Position numbers and translations under genes: made by a program. The notes under the pieces are model-generated. The model saw only the letters and a list, made by a program, of their open reading frames with translations, was not told where the DNA came from and made no database searches. 64,000 nt of DNA from an uncultured Collinsella sp. (GTDB lineage Bacteria > Actinomycetota > Coriobacteriia > Coriobacteriales > Coriobacteriaceae), in the NCBI GenBank assembly GCA_902496455.1, contig CABVAY010000007.1, positions 422 to 64,421 of the forward strand, given 5' to 3'. Position 1 is the stretch's first letter. Every line of letters starts with the position of its first letter. Shown in pieces: positions 59,729 through 64,000 of the stretch.

Positions 59729-59797
59729 GCCTACGGAATCGGAACGAAAGGTCGCCGAAGCTTTCTGCCAGCATCGGCGCCTTATGCGGACACTAGC

Positions 59798-61081
59798 CTA
59801 GCACTGCTCGAGTGCCTGCTCAAGGTCGGCAATCAGATCGGCCGTATCCTCGAGGCCGCACGACAGGCGCACCATGTCGGCAGAAATGCCACAGGCGATG
59901 AGCTCCTCATCGTTCATCTGGCGATGCGTGGCATTAGCGGGATGCAAGCAGCAGGTACGCGCATCGGCCACGTGTGTGGCGATCTGGGCGAGCTTGAGGC
60001 TCTTCATAAAGGTCTCGGCCGCCGCGCGACCACCGTTAAAGCCAAAGCTCACGACGCCGCAGGTACCGTTGGGCATGTACTTCTGAGCCAGGTCATAGTA
60101 CTTGTCGCCCTCCAGGCCCGGATAGCTCACGAAGCGCACCTTGGGATGGCTCTGCAGGAACTTGGCAACGGCCAGGCCGTTCTCACAATGACGCGGCATG
60201 CGCACATGCAGGCTCTCGAGCGAGCTGTTCAAGAAAAACGCCGCCTGCGGGTTCTGCATGGGGCCAAGATCGCGCATGAGCTGCGCGGTGGCCTTGGTAA
60301 TGAAGGCACCCTCACGACCGAACTTCTCGGCATAGGTCACGCCGTGATAGCTCTCGTCGGGCGTGGTGAGACCCGGGAACTTGTCCGCATGGGCCATCCA
60401 GTCAAACTGGCCGTGGTCGACGATCACGCCGCCCAGGTAGGCAGCATGTCCATCCATGTACTTGGTGGTGGAGTGCGTAACGATGTCGGCGCCCCACTCA
60501 AAGGGACGGCACATCACGGGCGTCGGGAAGGTGTTGTCGACCATCAGCGGCACGCCGTGGTCATGTGCGGCCTTGGCAAAGCGCTCAATATCGAGCACGG
60601 CAAGGGCGGGGTTTGCGATCGTCTCGCCAAAGACGAGCTTTGTGTTGGGCTGAAAGGCAGCCTCCAGCTCCTCATCGGTGCAGTCGGGGGCGACGAACGT
60701 GCAGGTCACGCCCATGCGGCCCATGGTGTGGGCGAGCAGGTTATACGTACCGCCGTAAATGGCAGAGCTTGCGACCACGTGATCGCCGGCACCGGCAACG
60801 TTAAAGATCGCGAGGAAGTTCGCAGCCATGCCCGAACTCGTGAGCATCGCTGCGGTGCCGCCCTCCATCTCGCAGATCTTGGCGGCAACCAAATCGCACG
60901 TGGGGTTCTGCAGACGGCTGTAGAAGTAGCCAGACTCCTCCAGGTCAAACAGCTTGCCCATGTGCTCCGACGTGTCGTACTTCCACGTGGTGGACTGGTA
61001 GATGGGCACCTGGCGCGGCTCCGCATCTCCCGGGTGATAGCCGCCCTGAACACATGTAGTACCGATAGTCTGCTCGCTCAT
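59798..61081 (-). CDS. metY: O-acetylhomoserine aminocarboxypropyltransferase/sulfhydrylase (Cys/Met PLP family)
   Basis: 427 aa. Motifs YSRLQNPT and HSTTKYMDGH (PLP lysine). Confidence 0.88.
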   Translation of the reverse strand: MSEQTIGTTCVQGGYHPGDAEPRQVPIYQSTTWKYDTSEHMGKLFDLEESGYFYSRLQNPTCDLVAAKICEMEGGTAAMLTSSGMAANFLAIFNVAGAGDHVVASSAIYGGTYNLLAHTMGRMGVTCTFVAPDCTDEELEAAFQPNTKLVFGETIANPALAVLDIERFAKAAHDHGVPLMVDNTFPTPVMCRPFEWGADIVTHSTTKYMDGHAAYLGGVIVDHGQFDWMAHADKFPGLTTPDESYHGVTYAEKFGREGAFITKATAQLMRDLGPMQNPQAAFFLNSSLESLHVRMPRHCENGLAVAKFLQSHPKVRFVSYPGLEGDKYYDLAQKYMPNGTCGVVSFGFNGGRAAAETFMKSLKLAQIATHVADARTCCLHPANATHRQMNDEELIACGISADMVRLSCGLEDTADLIADLEQALEQC

Positions 61082-61312
61082 ATCTAGCTCCCTTGCCTGG
61101 GTTTTAGTTTTATTCGGTTCACGATACCGCTACCCTGCACCCCTCTCAACCCATCCCCAAGGTAGGTTATGGGACAAATTGATTAGGGGTATTTATCTCA
61201 AGCCTTGGGCATTTGCTCGATAGATAAAAATGAGGCATACATGAAGCTCTCGATGATTACATGCCCCGTCACGGGTACCATAGGCGGGTACACCGTGACC
61301 AAGGAGACAACG

Positions 61313-61759
61313 ATGAAGCAGATCGATACCACCCAGCTCGACACCGCCGCCTGCCAGGCTCAGGCTGCCGAATACCACGCCCGCGGCTTTAACTGCGCAC
61401 AGGCCGTTGCCTGCACGCTCGCACCTGCCGTCGGGCTCGACCCCCAGACCGCCTTTACCCTCACCGAGGGCTTTGGCGCCGGCATGGGTGGCATGACCGA
61501 GACCTGCGGCGCCATCTCGGGCGCCGTGGCCATCATGGGCGTTGTGATGAGCGACGGCATGGAAAACCCCAAGACCAAGGGCCAGACCTACAAGCTGTCG
61601 CGCGAAATCGCCAAGCGTTTTGGCGAGAAGAACACGACGACCGTCTGCGGCACGCTCAAGGGCATCGGATCGGACAAGGGTCCGCTCCGCAGCTGTCCCG
61701 GTTGCATCGACGATGCCGTCGAAATCGCCTGCGATGTGCTAAAGCAGCTCGCCGAGTAA
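61313..61759 (+). CDS. C_GCAxxG_C_C family redox-active protein (Cys form)
   Basis: GFNCAQAV, TCGAISGA, VCGTL and SCPGC motifs. ATG 61313 lies 6 nt after AAGGAG. Confidence 0.75.
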   Translation: MKQIDTTQLDTAACQAQAAEYHARGFNCAQAVACTLAPAVGLDPQTAFTLTEGFGAGMGGMTETCGAISGAVAIMGVVMSDGMENPKTKGQTYKLSREIAKRFGEKNTTTVCGTLKGIGSDKGPLRSCPGCIDDAVEIACDVLKQLAE

Positions 61760-61777
61760 GCGGCAGCAACAGAAAAA

Positions 61778-61824
61778 CGACGGCCGGCGCGCTTGGGATC
61801 CATCCAAAAGCACGCCGGCCGTCG
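61778..61824. terminator. Hairpin between convergent genes
   Basis: 12-bp GC stem CGACGGCCGGCG/CGCCGGCCGTCG with a 23-nt loop, and A/T runs on both sides. Confidence 0.5.
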
Positions 61825-61827
61825 CCG

Positions 61828-62466
61828 TTAAAACTCGGCAAATTCGGGAGCGCCGACCTCAATCTCCTCGCGCCCCGCCATAAGCTCGCGCATCTTAGCG
61901 CAAAACGGCTCCTGCTCCCCCGCCTTAAACACCAAATGAATCGTCACGGTATCCGCGAAATCGGTATCCGAAACCTTGGCACCCGAATCCTGCGCCAAAT
62001 GAAGCACTTGCTCATACTGCGGATAGGCCACATGCACGTCAACAGGCACGACACTCGTCATCTCGACGATCTGCCCGGCCTCCTGAGCCGCGGCCACCGC
62101 CGTCTGCGTCGCCGCGGTATAGGCGCGCACCAAGCCACCGGGCCCTAACAGCGTGCCACCAAAATAGCGCGTCACCACGCAGCAAACATTTTTGAGCCCC
62201 GCGCCGCGCAGCACCTCGAGCGTCGGCATACCGCTCGTGCGGCTCGGCTCACCATCATCGCTCTGGCGCTCGCGTCCATCGACTAAAATCCACGCGGGAA
62301 CATTGTGCCGAGCGTCGTAATGACGCTTGCGAACCATCTCGATAAAGGCATTCGCCTCGTCCTCGGACTCAATATGGACCAGCTGGGCAATAAACCGGCT
62401 CTTGCGGTCCACAAACTCGCCCGAAGCCTCAATATTCGATTGCAGAGTAAAATAGCTGTCCAACAA
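61828..62466 (-). CDS. yigZ: YigZ/IMPACT-family protein
   Basis: DRKSRFIAQL, HNVPAW, DDGEPSRTSG, VTRYFGGTLLG motifs. TTG start; the exact start is uncertain (62466 or 62463). Confidence 0.8.
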   Translation of the reverse strand: MLDSYFTLQSNIEASGEFVDRKSRFIAQLVHIESEDEANAFIEMVRKRHYDARHNVPAWILVDGRERQSDDGEPSRTSGMPTLEVLRGAGLKNVCCVVTRYFGGTLLGPGGLVRAYTAATQTAVAAAQEAGQIVEMTSVVPVDVHVAYPQYEQVLHLAQDSGAKVSDTDFADTVTIHLVFKAGEQEPFCAKMRELMAGREEIEVGAPEFAEF

Positions 62467-62620
62467 AGCCCCTCAACAAAACTAAGCGCGGCAACAAACA
62501 GCCTCAATAATACGGCAAAGGCCGTACCGATAACCCCGGTAAATAGAACGGCGACACCGATGATCAGGCAAAAACAGCGAGATGCCAAGAACGGAACCGC
62601 CGATGATTCCGTCAACGAAA

Positions 62621-62725
62621 GCGAGAACCCGTCAGCGCGAGCAAGGTGCCTTGAAAGACAAGGGCATTGACCTTATGGTCATGCCCGAAGGCTTGAAAGG
62701 CAAATTGCCGCGCTGACGGGTTCGC
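62621..62725. other. Imperfect hairpin of about 105 nt immediately 3' of rnpB
   Basis: Outer stem GCGA(GA)ACCCGTCAGCGCG / CGCGCTGACGGGTTCGC; inner pairing through the duplicated CTTGAAAG boxes to an apical GGGCATTGACC-TTAT-GGTCATGCCC. Confidence 0.6.
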
Positions 62726-62739
62726 AGCGTCAACAAAGT

Positions 62740-63101
62740 GCTGAGTGGGCCGATAAGCCGGGTTCTGTCGTGAACGGTCATTTATCTTGTCTGCACGTTA
62801 CCGTGCAGCTCCACGCACGCTACCCGAACGCGGACCGGGCCGGCCCATAGCGTTCCTATTCGCGCTTGCTCCGGATGGGGCTTGCCAAGCCGCCGTGTTG
62901 CCACGACGCTGGTGGTCTCTTACACCACCGTTTCAGCTTTTCCCTTTACGCCTTGCGGCGCAGGTGGGAGTCTTCTTTTCTGCGGCGCTTTCCGTCGGAT
63001 CACTCCGCCCGGCCGTTAGCCGGCATCCCGCCCTCTGGAGCCCGGACTTTCCTCACGCGTACTGCAAGCAGCACATCGCGCGACCGTCTGGCCCACTCAG
63101 C
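62740..63101 (-). ncRNA. rnpB: RNase P RNA, bacterial type A
   Basis: Minus-strand GAGGAAAGTCCGGGCTCC (P4 5' strand, 63037-63054) and ACAGAACCCGGCTTA (P4 3' strand, about 62752-62768). Perfect 12-bp P1 GCTGAGTGGGCC/GGCCCACTCAGC. Confidence 0.93.
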
Positions 63102-63375
63102 AGTGCAAGAGTGTAACACACCGTTGCCGCAGGCAATGGCACAACGCAAACGCTCGACACGATAAACCAAGAACCGCCATGCGTTACAATGGTCCTGTCG
63201 ATGGGCAACGTCGTCAGTCGAGACGCGACCGCGCTCCGCACCCCTCCGTCTACTCGGTGTGTTCCCGCCTCCTCCCCGAGGCGGGATGTCGGTATTTTTC
63301 ACGCACCGACAACCCAATAGCCTATGGACAGCCCGGGCAGCATTACGCACGGGCAGCATCGCACATCTCGGCAGC

Positions 63376-63413
63376 AAAAGCAAAAAGGGACCCGTCCATT
63401 ACGGACGGATCCC
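63376..63413 (-). terminator. Intrinsic terminator of rpsA
   Basis: Stem GGGATCCGTCC/GGACGGGTCCC followed by UUUUUGCUUUUGC on the minus strand. Confidence 0.8.
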
Positions 63414-63439
63414 TTAAAACAAGTGATCGTCAAACCGAT

Positions 63440-64000
63440 TTACTCGGCGTCGGTCTCCTCGTCCTTCTTCTCGGAAGGAAGCGGGGTAACCTCGATCTCG
63501 ACGCCCAGAGTCTCAGCAGCGGACTTCATGGACAGGGAGATACGACGACGGTCGAGGTCGATCTCCATGACCTTGACCTGAACCTTGTCGCCCACGTGGG
63601 TGACCTGAGAAGGCTGATCGACGTGCTTGTTGGCCATCTCGGAAATGTGCACCAGGCCCTCGATGCCCTCGCCCAGGTCGACGAAAGCGCCGAACGGGAC
63701 AAGCTTGGTCACAGTGCCCTCGACGATAGCGCCGACGGGGTACTTCTTGACCAGTGCACGCCACGGATCCTCGGTGGTCTGCTTGAGACCCAGGGAGATG
63801 CGCTCGCGGTTGAGATCGACGTCGAGAACCTCGACCTCGACCTCCTGGCCGACCTTGACAACCTCGGAAGGATGGTTGACGTGGTTCCAGGAGAGCTCGG
63901 AGATGTGGATGAGGCCGTCGATACCGCCGAGGTCGACGAAGGCGCCGAAGTCGACGATGGAGGAAACGGTGCCCTGGAGACGCATGCCAGACTTGAGCTT
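63440..64000 (-). CDS. rpsA: 30S ribosomal protein S1, C-terminal S1-domain repeats (5' end outside the window)
   Basis: Repeated S1 motifs (GxVxxIxxFGAFVDLGGIDGLxHISE). The reading frame is open to the window end. Confidence 0.92.
   Translation of the reverse strand, partial: KLKSGMRLQGTVSSIVDFGAFVDLGGIDGLIHISELSWNHVNHPSEVVKVGQEVEVEVLDVDLNRERISLGLKQTTEDPWRALVKKYPVGAIVEGTVTKLVPFGAFVDLGEGIEGLVHISEMANKHVDQPSQVTHVGDKVQVKVMEIDLDRRRISLSMKSAAETLGVEIEVTPLPSEKKDEETDAE

Noticed and set aside
61082-61312. Possible SAM riboswitch or other leader upstream of metY, plus a G-quadruplex-type motif on the minus strand (61133-61158; GGGG-N2-GGG-N6-GGGG-N4-GGG).
   Set aside because: No SAM-I, SAM-IV or SAM-II core sequences are visible. 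G4-type runs are expected by chance at this GC content and I have no supporting evidence of function.
62283-62615. ORF whose first ~50 residues look like a two-TM micro-protein (MTESSAVPFLASRCFCLIIGVAVLFTGVIGTAFAVLLRLFVAAL...).
   Set aside because: The frame has no stop before it runs 180 nt into yigZ out of frame, no convincing Shine-Dalgarno sequence, and a junk-like tail. It is most likely a chance ORF in the yigZ promoter region.

Overview
High-GC chromosome segment (about 60-65% GC by eye), probably from an anaerobic actinobacterium of the Coriobacteriia type; this taxon call is inference only. I support about 60 protein genes, 5 tRNAs (Leu, Sec, Gly, Pro), RNase P RNA and two families of palindromic intergenic repeats. 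I saw no transposase, integrase, prophage or CRISPR array.

Layout:
- 1-9.2 kb, housekeeping: M24 peptidase, folC, valS, clpX, clpP, tig, tRNA-Leu.
- 9.3-37.5 kb, a dense molybdenum/selenium/formate neighbourhood: a xanthine-dehydrogenase-family hydroxylase with a broken reading frame plus its FAD subunit, gdhA, a Cys-rich DUF3343 protein, mobA, selC-selB-selA, an orphan Mo-bisPGD oxidoreductase, an FNT formate channel, and a complete hydrogenase-4-type formate hydrogenlyase operon (hyfA-J plus hycI) preceded by a UGA-containing fdhF and a hydN-like ferredoxin.
- 37.7-40.4 kb, a small AT-richer accessory island: a DinJ/RelB-PIN toxin-antitoxin pair and a DUF559-like protein, ending at tRNA-Gly/tRNA-Pro.
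- 40.5-54.4 kb: brnQ, then a seven-gene same-strand cluster (two paralogous 8-Cys HGD-D proteins, an HgdC-type activase, UGA-containing selD, yedF-like, DUF3343, cysteine desulfurase), then modCBA, a MogA/MoaB-family gene and moeA.
- 54.6-64 kb: ClC channel, lipid kinase, arfB, xpt, MFS transporter, metY, a C_GCAxxG_C_C protein, yigZ, rnpB and the 3' end of rpsA.

Most interesting observations:
- The activase/HGD-D module appears fused to the selenium-donor operon.
- An unannotated tRNA-Sec, plus two Sec (UGA) genes that the ORF track splits or truncates.
- A six-copy REP-like hairpin family with compensatory stem changes.
- A deletion/frameshift in the Mo hydroxylase gene.

All gene calls rest on motif recognition and synteny read from the translated ORFs. 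No database search was run.
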